A DNA stretch of 64,000 bases from Polyangiaceae bacterium (lineage in GTDB: Bacteria > Myxococcota_A > Polyangia > Polyangiales > Polyangiaceae): the NCBI GenBank assembly GCA_044376115.1, contig JBILLK010000015.1, positions 128,001-192,000 on the forward strand, read 5' to 3'. Positions 17,558 to 27,913 of this stretch are shown here, piece after piece. The notes under the pieces were generated by a model, which saw only the letters and a program-made list of their open reading frames with translations, was not told the DNA's origin and did not search any database. Both the position numbers and the translations under genes were made by a program. Within the stretch, counting starts at the first letter, position 1; each line of letters starts with the position of its first letter.

Positions 17558-19573
17558 TCATTGCGGAGGTGGTTCGCTGCAAAAGCCATTCACACAGTTG
17601 GCCAATGAGTCGCAGCAGTCACTGTCTTCCATGCAGGCGTTACCGGTCTCGGAGCAGCCGCCCGGATCGGGCTCGGTGCAGATCCCTTCTTCACAGTTCT
17701 GGTTGCAACACTCAGATCCGTTCGTGCAACCCTGGCCAATTTCCTTGCACGGATCCAGCGCCCAAAACCCTCGCATATTGAGCGTGTTGATGTCTTGGCC
17801 GGGGACTCGAAAGGCCGGGTGACTCGGGTCTACGCCGTCCGTGGGGTCCGCGTCCACGGCGGCAACCCATAGCTGCTTAACTGAACCAGAATTGCCTGTA
17901 AGGCGGTTGCCGTAGGTACGACGACTGGTGAACACCACCCAAGCATACCCCCCTGCTTCGAGCGGAGCGAAGGTGGGCTCGTAGTCAAGCAGGCGGTCGC
18001 GATCCCCCGCCGCAAATGGGTAGTCATCACCGTTGAGATTACGTAGTCGAATATCCGCGCCTGGATTCGCAGAGTTGGCGAGGTACATGGAGCCAGGGCC
18101 AAAGCGCGTATCGAGCGAGTTGGGATAGACTCCGCGATGATAGACAATCCACTCGCCGTCTGGCGAGACGCTAGGGAAGCAGATCGCGTTTAGCTGACCG
18201 TCTGCACCGGCGGGGACGAGGGCGACCGGATTGGTTGCCGCCTTGGTAACCGGATCCCACTCATAGGATGCCAAACCGAGCGTTGCGTGGTCCACATACG
18301 CAATGCGCGAACCATCCGGCGCGAAGGCCGGCATGTCGAGCATGACGCCGTCCAAGCCAGTCCCCAGGATCTTCTGACCGGTCTGCGCGTTCCACATGCC
18401 GTCACTGCCACCAGGAGGACCAGGTAACTGTGCGTTGTTTTCGATCACGGTGCTACCGTCGGGCGATATGGCTGGCATCGCCCAGTTGCGGACCTGCTTG
18501 CCAACGCTCGGCAGTGAAAGGACCTGCGTGTTCGTCAATAGGTCAAAAGTCGAGGTGGCTACGTCACCGCCGATAATCAAGGTGGAGCCGTTCGCAGAGA
18601 CCGAGTGACAAGTACTGCAGGTATTGCTGATGCCAGCAGCCGCTAGAAAGTCCTCCGGGGCGCCAGCGTCGGGCTTGATTCGCATCACGCGACCAATGTT
18701 ATTGGCCCAGTAATATACGGTTCCGCGGAGCGCTCCGTTGGCAACGGTCCAATCGTGGTCAATTACCGTTGTTGCCGCGCTACCCCCAGCCGGAAGGCGA
18801 TTCACCTTGAGGTCGACAGCGCCACCGTTTCCGCTTTCTGTCAGAGGTGTCCACACTGCCGGGTCCAACAAGTGACGCGCAGGCGGGTCGGCGGTCGTAA
18901 ATACGTTGAATTCGGTAAATGGCCCAACCAGTTTAACGTAGTATTTGTCCCCCGCTCCACCGCCATTCCACATCAGCTCGGGCGCCAACAGGCCCTTTGG
19001 AAAGACGGTCTTGTCGTAGGGGTAGGCCCAGGTGATGCTCCCATCTTGTCCCCCCGTTGGATTCTGCAAGACCGCGATTTCCTCGGGGGTAAACCCTCCC
19101 GGGTTGAGGGTCTTTTTGATGTTGACCGTCACCTGCGCGGTCGCCGTGATACCGGCGTAAGTGGCATTGAGGGTGACCAGTCCGCCGACGTTTCCTGAGG
19201 CGGTCACAACGCCTGTGCCATCTGTATTTGCGACGCCAGAGAGGTCAACCACCCAGGCGTTGGGTTGGACCTCCACGCCGTCGAGTGTGGCGTTGAAGTC
19301 GACGGGCATGGCCACACCGTCCACCACGTCGATCGTGGCGGAGGGCGGAACCAGCGCTAGTTCACCAGCGCTACCCCCCCCTGTTTGACAACCAAAGCAG
19401 GCGCCACCTGCTCCGCCCGTTCCGCCCGCACCCGTGGACTCATTCCCGGCCGCGCCACCTGCCCCCGGCCCCGTACTAGCACTTTCCTCAGTGCAACCAA
19501 AGCCAACGGCAGCAACGCTCAGGACGATAGCGCCCAAGTCTTTAGACAATTGGCTACGTTTCATCATCTCCAA
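17558..19573 (-). CDS. Myxobacterial TolB-like beta-propeller lipoprotein with Cys-rich C-terminus
   Basis: Lipobox VGFGC, Gly-rich linker, CSTCH, PAISPDG/PAFAPDG/PSVSPDG blades, WVVFTSRRTYGN, terminal Cys repeats. Confidence 0.75.
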   Translation of the reverse strand: MEMMKRSQLSKDLGAIVLSVAAVGFGCTEESASTGPGAGGAAGNESTGAGGTGGAGGACFGCQTGGGSAGELALVPPSATIDVVDGVAMPVDFNATLDGVEVQPNAWVVDLSGVANTDGTGVVTASGNVGGLVTLNATYAGITATAQVTVNIKKTLNPGGFTPEEIAVLQNPTGGQDGSITWAYPYDKTVFPKGLLAPELMWNGGGAGDKYYVKLVGPFTEFNVFTTADPPARHLLDPAVWTPLTESGNGGAVDLKVNRLPAGGSAATTVIDHDWTVANGALRGTVYYWANNIGRVMRIKPDAGAPEDFLAAAGISNTCSTCHSVSANGSTLIIGGDVATSTFDLLTNTQVLSLPSVGKQVRNWAMPAISPDGSTVIENNAQLPGPPGGSDGMWNAQTGQKILGTGLDGVMLDMPAFAPDGSRIAYVDHATLGLASYEWDPVTKAATNPVALVPAGADGQLNAICFPSVSPDGEWIVYHRGVYPNSLDTRFGPGSMYLANSANPGADIRLRNLNGDDYPFAAGDRDRLLDYEPTFAPLEAGGYAWVVFTSRRTYGNRLTGNSGSVKQLWVAAVDADPTDGVDPSHPAFRVPGQDINTLNMRGFWALDPCKEIGQGCTNGSECCNQNCEEGICTEPDPGGCSETGNACMEDSDCCDSLANCVNGFCSEPPPQ

Positions 19574-19618
19574 ACTCTACCTGGTACGGATTGCCCCCGG
19601 GTAGAAATCTTGGGGCCG

Positions 19619-20317
19619 TCAGCGCGGTGGTTCACGTAAGCGATAGCCAACGCCAGCCTCGGTGACGAGGAGCAGCGGTCGCGCAGGTGTACTCTCGATC
19701 TTGCGGCGAAGTTGGGCCATGTGCACGCGCAAGTAGTGCGTCTGTTCAACCGACTTGGGGCCCCAAATCTCGGTCAAGAGCTGACTGTGCGTGACCACCT
19801 TGCCGACGTGCTTCGACAGCAACGCAAGCAACTTGAACTCGATCGGAGTGAGGTGAACCTCGGCGCCAGAGAGCCAAACGAGGTGGCTCTCAAAGTCAAC
19901 CGTTAGCGGCCCAACGGTCACCGAAGACGGTGGAGTCTGACGTGAGGCTGAGTGGCGCAAGGCCACGCGAACGCGCGCCAAAAGCTCCTCTGTGCCGAAG
20001 GGTTTCATTACGTAGTCATCAGCCCCAGCATCCAGCACCTCGACCTTGTCAGACTCGCGGTCGCGGGCGCTCACGATCAGGATGGGAACGTTCGTGAAAG
20101 AGCGCAGCTGGCGCGTAACTACCAGTCCATCACCGTCCGGCAACCCAAGGTCCAGGATGATAAAGTCTGGACGGTGCGAGGAGAACATCGCCAGCGCCTC
20201 GCGCGCGGTGCTCGCTTCGACGACAGCGAACCCATTACTGCTAAGTGTCGTACGGAGAAATCTGCGCATGGGAGCTTCGTCTTCGACCACGAGGCCCTTG
20301 ACCAACTGCGCTTTCAT
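19619..20317 (-). CDS. kdpE: OmpR-family response regulator KdpE
   Basis: LVVEDE, ILDLGLPDGDG, KVEVLDAGADDYVMKPFG, HYLRVHMAQLRRKIE, TEAGVGYRL. Confidence 0.9.
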   Translation of the reverse strand: MKAQLVKGLVVEDEAPMRRFLRTTLSSNGFAVVEASTAREALAMFSSHRPDFIILDLGLPDGDGLVVTRQLRSFTNVPILIVSARDRESDKVEVLDAGADDYVMKPFGTEELLARVRVALRHSASRQTPPSSVTVGPLTVDFESHLVWLSGAEVHLTPIEFKLLALLSKHVGKVVTHSQLLTEIWGPKSVEQTHYLRVHMAQLRRKIESTPARPLLLVTEAGVGYRLREPPR

Positions 20318-21306
20318 GTGTGCTCCCCCGCTGGGCGCATATGAATGATAAATCGCGTGCCACGCGTGCTATCCGCAAGCGCTACTCGGCCGTGATGCGC
20401 CTCAACGATACCTCGTACGATTGCGAGTCCGAGCCCAACGCCAATCGAGCCAGCGCTTCGTACAAACTTCTGAAAGAGTCTGGCCTTTACTTCTTCGGGA
20501 AGCCCAGGACCATCGTCTGCGATCTCGACCACCACCCAGCCACCATCTTCGTGGGCCGACACAATGACGTGGGTACCGGCTGGAGTATGGCGAACCACGT
20601 TTTCCAGCAGGTTGAGGAATACCTGCTCAAAGAGGACCGGGTCACACGCCACGAAAGGCACCTCACCCAAACGCAACTCGACTTCATGCTGAGTCAACCG
20701 CTGCTCCAAGCGTGTGAGAGCAGCCCCCAGAAGTTCCTCGAGGGGCACGGCCTGCGTATCCGGCTGGACGCCTGCCTCCAGCCGCGTCATCGCCAAAACC
20801 TTTGCCAAGAGCCGCTCCAAACGTTCGGCCTCTTCGCAGATGGTTTGAACCATGTCGGCTCGTTCTGGCTCCGCAAGCGAGGAAGCCCCCTGTCGCAGGG
20901 TCGTTGCTGCGCCGGTTATCGTCGCCAACGGCGTACGAAAGTCGTGCGAGACGGCACTAAGGATGGAACTGCGAATCTCCTCGAGCTTGGCCCGCCGAAC
21001 CTGCGCCGTCAGATTCGCGATGACCAAACCAACCAGGAACATCACGAGAAACGTTAGCAGGTGCCGAACGTCCTTCACCGCAAACGTCAAGTACGGGGGG
21101 ACAGCAAAGAAGTCGAAACTTGCAACCGAGAGCAACGATGCAACGAGAGCAGCTGCGCGATCGGTGCGCAGCGCAACGACCATGATCGCGAGGAGGTACA
21201 GCATCACGATCTCTTCGAGCCCGAGCAGTCCGCGGAGCAAGACGGCGACGAAGGTTGTGATGGCTACGGCGAACAGAGCAAACGCGAGAGTTCCAACTCT
21301 CCGCAT
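20314..21306 (-). CDS. kdpD: Minimal KdpD-like sensor kinase (DUF4118 TM + HisKA + HATPase)
   Basis: Four TM helices with SFDFFAVPPYLTFAV, H-box SAVSHDFRTPL, NLLEN, DDGPG, GVGLGLAI; no N-terminal KdpD/Usp or GAF region. Confidence 0.8.
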   Translation of the reverse strand: MRRVGTLAFALFAVAITTFVAVLLRGLLGLEEIVMLYLLAIMVVALRTDRAAALVASLLSVASFDFFAVPPYLTFAVKDVRHLLTFLVMFLVGLVIANLTAQVRRAKLEEIRSSILSAVSHDFRTPLATITGAATTLRQGASSLAEPERADMVQTICEEAERLERLLAKVLAMTRLEAGVQPDTQAVPLEELLGAALTRLEQRLTQHEVELRLGEVPFVACDPVLFEQVFLNLLENVVRHTPAGTHVIVSAHEDGGWVVVEIADDGPGLPEEVKARLFQKFVRSAGSIGVGLGLAIVRGIVEAHHGRVALADSTRGTRFIIHMRPAGEHT

Positions 21307-21323
21307 CGGCGCTCGGTAGCAGC

Positions 21324-21545
21324 TTATCGCTGGCGCGAAACGCTTAACCGGTCCAGGACGAGAACAACCGCGATCACTAGCGCGATCGATGGCTCACCCA
21401 CGAGAGGCTCGCCCCGCCAGACTGCGAAAAGGAAGCGGGTCACCGCCAAAACGATCGCGGCAACCAAAGCAAAACTCAGCGCACTCCAACGCGCGCGCGG
21501 TAGCAGGTTCTGCTCGGCCGACGAATTCCGACGATAAGCGTCCAC
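21324..21545 (-). CDS. Small two-TM hypothetical membrane protein upstream of kdpD
   Basis: Two hydrophobic stretches, same strand as kdpDE, 17 bp from kdpD start. Confidence 0.4.
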   Translation of the reverse strand: MDAYRRNSSAEQNLLPRARWSALSFALVAAIVLAVTRFLFAVWRGEPLVGEPSIALVIAVVLVLDRLSVSRQR

Positions 21546-21600
21546 GAGCGCAAACTATGTCGACCGCTGTGGGGTCAGCCGTCAAGGTTGCCCATCGCCG

Positions 21601-21620
21601 CGTAAAGATTTCGTAAAGAC
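21601..21620. promoter_or_regulatory. Putative KdpE binding site
   Basis: Direct repeat CGTAAAGA-TTT-CGTAAAGA with 11-bp period (TTTA-N7-TTTA on the minus strand) between divergent kdpDE and kup. Confidence 0.65.
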
Positions 21621-21668
21621 TCGCGAGAACCTTTGGTGTCCGGATCTGAGCGAGTTACGCCCTCTCGA

Positions 21669-23719
21669 ATGTCGCACAAGCTCGAAGGACAGTCCTCTCA
21701 CGGCCCAAGCCGTGATGAGAAAGCTGACGCACAACCTCCAGCGCAGCCAAGTGGCGGCGGGAGTGAGAACAAAGACGCACCGCCTTCTCCGCGTACCAAC
21801 GAGCATCATCACGGCAGCGCGCTCGGGCTCGCCCTAGCCGCGCTGGGCATCGTCTTCGGTGATATCGGGACCAGCCCGCTTTACGCGTTGAAAGAGTGCG
21901 TAAACGGCTCGCACGGCGTAGAAGCCACCACGAGCAACGTCTTGGGCTTGCTATCGCTCATGTTCTGGAGCGTGCTCAGCGTCGTCAGCTACAAGTACCT
22001 GACGTTCATCATGCGCGCCGACAACCAGGGCGAAGGCGGCATTCTCGCGCTACTGGCATTGCTGCCGGAGAGCCGAGGAGCTCGGCCAGCCAAACTCACG
22101 GCGCTGGTGGCGTTGGTGCTGTTCGGCGCTGCCCTGTTGTACGGCGACGGCATGCTGACCCCAGCGATCAGCGTGCTTTCGGCGGTGGAGGGATTGGAGG
22201 TCGCGACAGACACGTTCAAACCTGCCGTGGTGCCCATCACCGTAGGAATCTTGATTGCGCTGTTCGCAATTCAGAAGCGGGGCACTGACTCGATCGGCAA
22301 GGTTTTTGGGCCGATCATGGTGCTGTGGTTCGTCACGCTTGCTGGGCTCGGCATCCTGGCCATTACCAAACACCCCGGTGTGCTCGTCGCGATCTCCCCG
22401 ATCCACGCGGTGAGCTTCTTTCAGCAGAACGGCTTCCACGGCTTCGTGGTGCTCGGCGCTGTCGTACTATGCATCACTGGTGGGGAGGCGCTCTATGCAG
22501 ACATGGGGCACTTCGGTCGGAAGCCAATTCAGCTTGCTTGGTACGGCGTTGCCATGCCCGCCCTGCTGCTCAATTACTTTGGTCAAGGAGCGCTCATCAT
22601 TGCGGCGGATGAAGCGGTGAAGCCCACCGTCGTGGCGAATCCGTTCTACGCACTGGCGCCAAGCGCGCACGCTATCTACCCCTTGGTAGCGCTCGCGACG
22701 GCAGCGACGATCATCGCCTCCCAGGCCCTTATCTCGGGCGCGTTTTCACTCACGAGGCAAGCCGTTCAGCTCGGATTTCTACCCCGTGTAACGATCACTC
22801 ACACCTCGAGCACGACGGAAGGGCAGATCTACATCCCCGAGATTAACTGGCTGCTAGCGATTGGTTGTCTGGCTTTGGTGCTCGCCTTCAAACAGTCGAG
22901 CAACCTCGCGGCGGCCTACGGAATCGCTGTCACAGGCACAATGGCTATCACCTCTATTGCCTATTACGTCGTCGCGCGCGAGCGCTGGAAGTGGAGCAGG
23001 GCGCAGGCGGTGCCGTTGGTTGCAACCTTTCTCTTGGTTGACCTTGCATTCTTGGGTTCAAACGCGCTCAAGTTCTTTCATGGTGGATTCGTTCCAGTCG
23101 TAATTGCGATCGGAATCTTCTTTGCGATGACCGTGTGGAAACGCGGCCGAGCGCTGCTCGGAGACTATTTCCAGCGTGCGGCAAGACCCCTCGAGACCTT
23201 CCTCTCGGGCCTTGGGAAGAATGTATTTGTAGACGAGGGCTCCGAGGCGATCCAGCTCGTTCGTGTTCAAGGTGCTGCCGTCTTCCTGACGTCCAACTCG
23301 AGCGGCACGCCTCCGCTCTTGCTCCACCACGCACGGCACAACAAGGCCATTCAAGAGCACGTGCTGTTGGTTACGGTGGTCACCGAGCGCATACCTCGCA
23401 TCACAAAGGAGCGGCTGCGACTCGAGCCGCTGGAGCATGGGTTCTACCGGCTAAACATTCGGGTTGGCTTCATGGAGACCCCCAACGTGCCGAGGGCCCT
23501 CGCTGTCGCCATCAAGGCCTACAAGCTGCCGTTTGAGCTCAAGCAGGTTACACCTACTACCTTGGCCGCGAGACGTTGCTTGCCACGAGCCGTGGTGAAA
23601 TGACAGGAAGGGCGGAAGCGGTATTCTCGTTCCTGACGCGGAACTCCCAGAACGCGACGCGCTATTTCGGGATTCCGCCCGAACGGGTTGTGGAGATCGG
23701 CATGCAGATCGATCTGTAG
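21669..23719 (+). pseudogene. kup: KUP/HAK/KT potassium transporter Kup, frameshifted near the 3' end
   Basis: GIVFGDIGTSPLYAL, ADNQGEGG, YGDGMLTPAISVLSAVEG, EALYADMGHFG; the frame breaks at 23550 and the conserved tail TYYLGRETLL...RNSQNATRYFGIPPERVVEIGMQIDL* continues in another frame to 23719. Confidence 0.88.
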
Positions 23720-23775
23720 GCTTCGCGTCGACCAATGTTGTCGCACCTGGGCTCAAGCATTGTAACCTCCCGGGC

Positions 23776-24147
23776 ATGATGGCTCGCGTACGACTGTTGG
23801 CAGCACTTCTGCTCGCTTCCTGCGCGAGTCTGCGAGCGGGGAAGGAAGAGGCTGAGCCAATCGCAATCTACGGCTACGATGGCCTGCCGGGGGAACCGCC
23901 CCCCACCTGTAAACGGCTGGGCAAGGTCGAGACCACGCGGATCGAAAACAAGGAGATTCCGCTGGACGAGCTTGCGGAAGCGGCTCGCAGCCAAGGGGGA
24001 AACGCGATCGCCTACCCCAAACGAACCGGATTCAAAGACGGATTCGTAGGCAAGGAGTATGCGTTTCGTGCCATTGCGTTTGCGTGCCCAAACACGAAGC
24101 CAGTTACCAGCGCTTCGACGAGCGTCAGCGCCAAGCCGGCCAACTGA
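23776..24147 (+). CDS. Small hypothetical lipoprotein
   Basis: Lipobox LLASC; CKRLGKV..AARSQGGNAI..AIAFAC pattern. Confidence 0.65.
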   Translation: MMARVRLLAALLLASCASLRAGKEEAEPIAIYGYDGLPGEPPPTCKRLGKVETTRIENKEIPLDELAEAARSQGGNAIAYPKRTGFKDGFVGKEYAFRAIAFACPNTKPVTSASTSVSAKPAN

Positions 24148-24255
24148 ACTTCAGGGTCGGATAGCGTCGGGTGTCCGCTTCGCGGGAAAGCTCGCTGGAC
24201 TACCTCGACGCCGGCACTGCTTGACTCCGCCCCGCGGACGCGTTCCACCGCGTCG

Positions 24256-25101
24256 ATGCTAGCGGCCTTTGTTCGGCTCCTCCGCAAGGACTACTGGGAA
24301 GATGTCATCACGGACTGCGAGCAAGCCCGTGGCGACTCCGAGACCCGACTGGGCCGGGTCAGCGTTCAGAAGAGGCTTGCGACCACCGTCCTCTTGGTCA
24401 TTGCGTGCCTCATGTTTGTGCGTTTTGCCGGAAACGAGGCAGAACTTGGCTGGGCAGTTAATGGGTTGAAGGCACTCGGGCTTCCCACTGAAGCCGAAGC
24501 GTTCCGCAAGCTGATGGACCCCAAGAATGCCAATGGGCAAATTTGGAGAAAGGTCTGGTGGGCGGGCGCGCGCGTTACTGGGTACGGCCTGCTTCCGGCG
24601 TTGCTAGGCCCACGAATGACTGGGCTCTCCTTGGCTGAGTTGGGACTTGGCTTTGGAGACCTACGTAAGCACGCGAGAACCTACGGATTCCTCTTTGCTG
24701 TGATGATGCCAGCCATTTTTCTGGCCTCTTTCGGCGCTGGCTTTCAGGCGAAGTACCCATACTACAAGCTCGCAGCGAATGAGGCGCTGTGGCCGCGGTT
24801 CGTACTCTGGGAGTTGCTTTACATTGCAAACTTCGTGGGGGTCGAACTCTTCTTTCGAGGTTTCTCGATTAGAGCTTTACGTCCCTATATTGGTTATTCC
24901 TCTATCTTCTTGATGATGGTCCCCTACGCCATGATTCACTTCGGCAAGCCGCTACCAGAGGCCGTTGGATCAATCATAACGGGCTTTGTTCTAGGCACGT
25001 TGAGCGTAAAGCACCGGTCCATCTGGGGCGGGGTCTTCCTGCATGTGTCCGCTGCCTGTTCCATGGATTTGTACTCGCTTTGGCATCAAGGTCGGCTCTA
25101 G
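24256..25101 (+). CDS. CPBP/Abi (CAAX protease-like) intramembrane glutamic endopeptidase
   Basis: VELFFRGF, YAMIHFGKPLPE, RSIWGGVFLH motifs; multiple TM helices. Confidence 0.85.
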   Translation: MLAAFVRLLRKDYWEDVITDCEQARGDSETRLGRVSVQKRLATTVLLVIACLMFVRFAGNEAELGWAVNGLKALGLPTEAEAFRKLMDPKNANGQIWRKVWWAGARVTGYGLLPALLGPRMTGLSLAELGLGFGDLRKHARTYGFLFAVMMPAIFLASFGAGFQAKYPYYKLAANEALWPRFVLWELLYIANFVGVELFFRGFSIRALRPYIGYSSIFLMMVPYAMIHFGKPLPEAVGSIITGFVLGTLSVKHRSIWGGVFLHVSAACSMDLYSLWHQGRL

Positions 25102-25162
25102 CGAGGCACGGTCGCTACATTTCTCTTGCTTGACTCCGCGAGAGCAGCATAAGCCGCTAACC

Positions 25163-25525
25163 ATGGGATCCAGCTCAGTGCATGGGGTTTTGCTAAGCCT
25201 ATGTCTCAGTTGCGGGGCAGCGGAGGTTGCCACGGTGGACAATGCTGAGCCGATGCCGACAGGGCGTGATTGTGCGATGGCCATAACCCGCTGCGGCGGT
25301 GGTCGCTGCATCGCGGAGATCGACAATCAATGCAAGTTGCCAATCACCTGTCGGCTGAGCATCGAGTCGCTATGTCAGACCTCCAACGGCGAGGTTGGGC
25401 CAGCCAACGCCTCGACCAAAGAGGTTACGACCTTGGGCGCACAGCAAAGGACGCTCGAGGCCATAACCAGCTGTGGACAAGGCATTCCGGTAACCACGCG
25501 CGTCACTTCGCTCGAGTGTCTCTGA
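25163..25525 (+). CDS. Small Cys-rich lipoprotein
   Basis: Lipobox CLSC, about 8 further Cys. Confidence 0.6.
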   Translation: MGSSSVHGVLLSLCLSCGAAEVATVDNAEPMPTGRDCAMAITRCGGGRCIAEIDNQCKLPITCRLSIESLCQTSNGEVGPANASTKEVTTLGAQQRTLEAITSCGQGIPVTTRVTSLECL

Positions 25526-25585
25526 GCCGTTAGCAACGGTTTCGCGCGCTTGACATTTCTCCGTGCAGCGCATCTCGTGTCTTCC

Positions 25586-27844
25586 ATGCGCGCAAAACGG
25601 GTGTGGGTGCTTCCGGCGTTGGCGTTTGGTCTTCTGATTTCGGCGGGCTACGGTTGCGGGGATTCAGCGGGGACCGGGGGAAGCGGGGGCGATCCTGCGG
25701 GTGGTAGCGGCGGCGTTGGAGCGGGTGGAGCTGCCACAGGCGCCGGGGGAATTGGAGGCCAAGCGGGGTCCCAGCTCACGGGCGGAGGCGGCAATACGTT
25801 TATGGAGTGCACTGGCACCGTCTGTGGCGACGGCGGTTGTTGCGACCCACGTGCGGAAGAATGCGTCTCGGCGATGTGTCTACCCACGTGTGACTCGGCA
25901 ATTCGTTGTGGGGCTGACCTCGCAACCTGCTGTGATGTCGGTCAAGTTTGCATCTCGGAGCAGTGCGAGACGCCGGGTGCACCTTGCAGTGACTGGGCGG
26001 ACTGCAACGAGGATGAGTTCTGCGATCCGGCGGTGGGAGCGTGCCTGCCACAGCCGCCAGGCGAGCCAGTCTGTGAATACAAGCCGCCGACAGGGCCGCT
26101 GACCCCCGTTCTCGAGTGGGCCTGGACGGAGAGCCCGATCTTCCCGACGTCGCGACAAGTCATCAACATGCCGGTTGTAGTGGACCTCGAGGGAGACGGA
26201 ACGCCCGACGTCGTGTTCGTTACCTCAGACGGCTTCAGCCCCAACGGTCCGGCGTATTTGCGCGCACTCAATGGCTCAACCGGAGTCGAGAAATGGGATG
26301 CCAACGTTGGGGTCTACGCCGACGCTGCGCGGGTGCAACCACGAGCAACGCCAGCAGCCGCCGATATTGACGGGGATATGCGACCCGAGATCATCAGCGC
26401 CAAGATGGGAGGTGGGCTGATTGCCTTTGAGCATGATGGCACGGTCAAGTGGACGAGCACACAAGCGGACGGTGTCACCCCATGGACCGTTGGGCTCGAC
26501 TCAGTGACGCTCGCTATCGCCGACTTCGAGGGCGATGGGTCAGCAGAGATTATCGCTGGCGGAGCCGTATTTAGCTCAGCCGGCGTGCTTCGTTTCAACA
26601 GTGGCGCATTGGTTGGCGCCAACCTGAGTACCTACGGCGCAGTGAGCATCGTTGCTGACCTGGATGCAACACCACCCCAAGAACTGGTCAGCGGCCGCCG
26701 CGCCTTCCGTGCGAACGGAGACCTCTATTGGGATAATGGCCTGAGCGATGGCTATCCTGCTATCGCCGACCTCGACCTCGATGGGACACCCGAGCTTGTC
26801 GTTGTCTCCAACGGGACCGTGCGCGTGCAATCGGCGACGACTGGAGCCGTACTTGCGCAGGTCACGATGCCAGGCACTGGAGTAGGCGGGCCGCCCACGA
26901 TTGCTGATTTCGACGCAGATGGCATTCCTGAAATTGCCTCGGCGAACGGCAGTGCCTACAGCGTATACGAGTATACGGGCGGAGCTACCCCACTCCTTAC
27001 CGTGAAGTGGCAGTCAGCAACCCAAGATCTCTCCTCGAACCGTACTGGCTCCTCGGTGTTCGACTTCCAAGGGGACGGCTCCGCAGAGGTCGTCTACAAT
27101 GACGAATGCTATTTCCGAGTCTACAGCGGAACGGATGGCTCAACGCTCTATGAAGTAGCCAACTCCTCTGCAACGATTCACGAGTACCCGGTGGTCGTTG
27201 ACGTCGACGGAGACAACAACACAGAGGTGGTCATCGTAGCCAATGACCTCAATCATAACGCCAATACCTGCCCTTACGGACTAGGCGGCGCGAGGCATGG
27301 TGTGTTCGCCTACGGGGATGCGGCCGACAACTGGGTTCGCACCCGCAAGGTTTGGAATCAGCACGCCTACCACATTACCAATATCAACGGTGACGGCACA
27401 CTGCCGCTTTCGGAGTCCTTCAGTTGGCTCCCGCCTGGGCTAAATAACTATCGACAGTCGAGCCAAGGCAATGGGGTATTCAATTCGCCTGATCTGCAAG
27501 TGAGCCTCGAGGCAAGCTTGCAGAACTGCCCCGACGCACTTCAACTGGTCGCCAGGGTGCGCAACCAGGGCAGCTTGGGCGTACCAGCAGGTGTCAGCGT
27601 TCGTTTCTACCTTGGCGCCAGCTCGAGCGGAACGTTGCTCGGGGAAACGTTTACCAGCCAGATCCTGCTGCCGGGCCAATATGAAGAGGTGACCCTCGAT
27701 TACAATGTTGGTCCTGGGGACACGGACCTGGGATTCTTCGTTGAGGTGGACGTCGATGATGCGGGTGCGAGCGCCATCAACGAGTGTCTCGAAGACAACA
27801 ACGCCGCTTTACTAAGCGGCGTTTCGTGCCCGACGGCGGGCTAG
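25586..27844 (+). CDS. FG-GAP/VCBS repeat lipoprotein with Cys-rich N-terminus and CARDB-like C-terminus
   Basis: Lipobox GYGC, Gly linker, repeated ADxDGDGxPE motifs, GSSVFDFQGDG, VWNQHAYHITN, PDLQV...ECLEDNN. Confidence 0.85.
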   Translation: MRAKRVWVLPALAFGLLISAGYGCGDSAGTGGSGGDPAGGSGGVGAGGAATGAGGIGGQAGSQLTGGGGNTFMECTGTVCGDGGCCDPRAEECVSAMCLPTCDSAIRCGADLATCCDVGQVCISEQCETPGAPCSDWADCNEDEFCDPAVGACLPQPPGEPVCEYKPPTGPLTPVLEWAWTESPIFPTSRQVINMPVVVDLEGDGTPDVVFVTSDGFSPNGPAYLRALNGSTGVEKWDANVGVYADAARVQPRATPAAADIDGDMRPEIISAKMGGGLIAFEHDGTVKWTSTQADGVTPWTVGLDSVTLAIADFEGDGSAEIIAGGAVFSSAGVLRFNSGALVGANLSTYGAVSIVADLDATPPQELVSGRRAFRANGDLYWDNGLSDGYPAIADLDLDGTPELVVVSNGTVRVQSATTGAVLAQVTMPGTGVGGPPTIADFDADGIPEIASANGSAYSVYEYTGGATPLLTVKWQSATQDLSSNRTGSSVFDFQGDGSAEVVYNDECYFRVYSGTDGSTLYEVANSSATIHEYPVVVDVDGDNNTEVVIVANDLNHNANTCPYGLGGARHGVFAYGDAADNWVRTRKVWNQHAYHITNINGDGTLPLSESFSWLPPGLNNYRQSSQGNGVFNSPDLQVSLEASLQNCPDALQLVARVRNQGSLGVPAGVSVRFYLGASSSGTLLGETFTSQILLPGQYEEVTLDYNVGPGDTDLGFFVEVDVDDAGASAINECLEDNNAALLSGVSCPTAG

Positions 27845-27913
27845 TAGTTCCGTTGCCAACCAGCGGGCGTTTCTTCAGTGCATCCGCCTTGGCGGATGCA
27901 CTGAAGAGCATTG

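Noticed and set aside
21546..21668. c-di-AMP (ydaO) riboswitch ahead of kup
   Set aside because: The gap is short and lacks the recognisable conserved motifs; the direct repeat is better explained as a KdpE box
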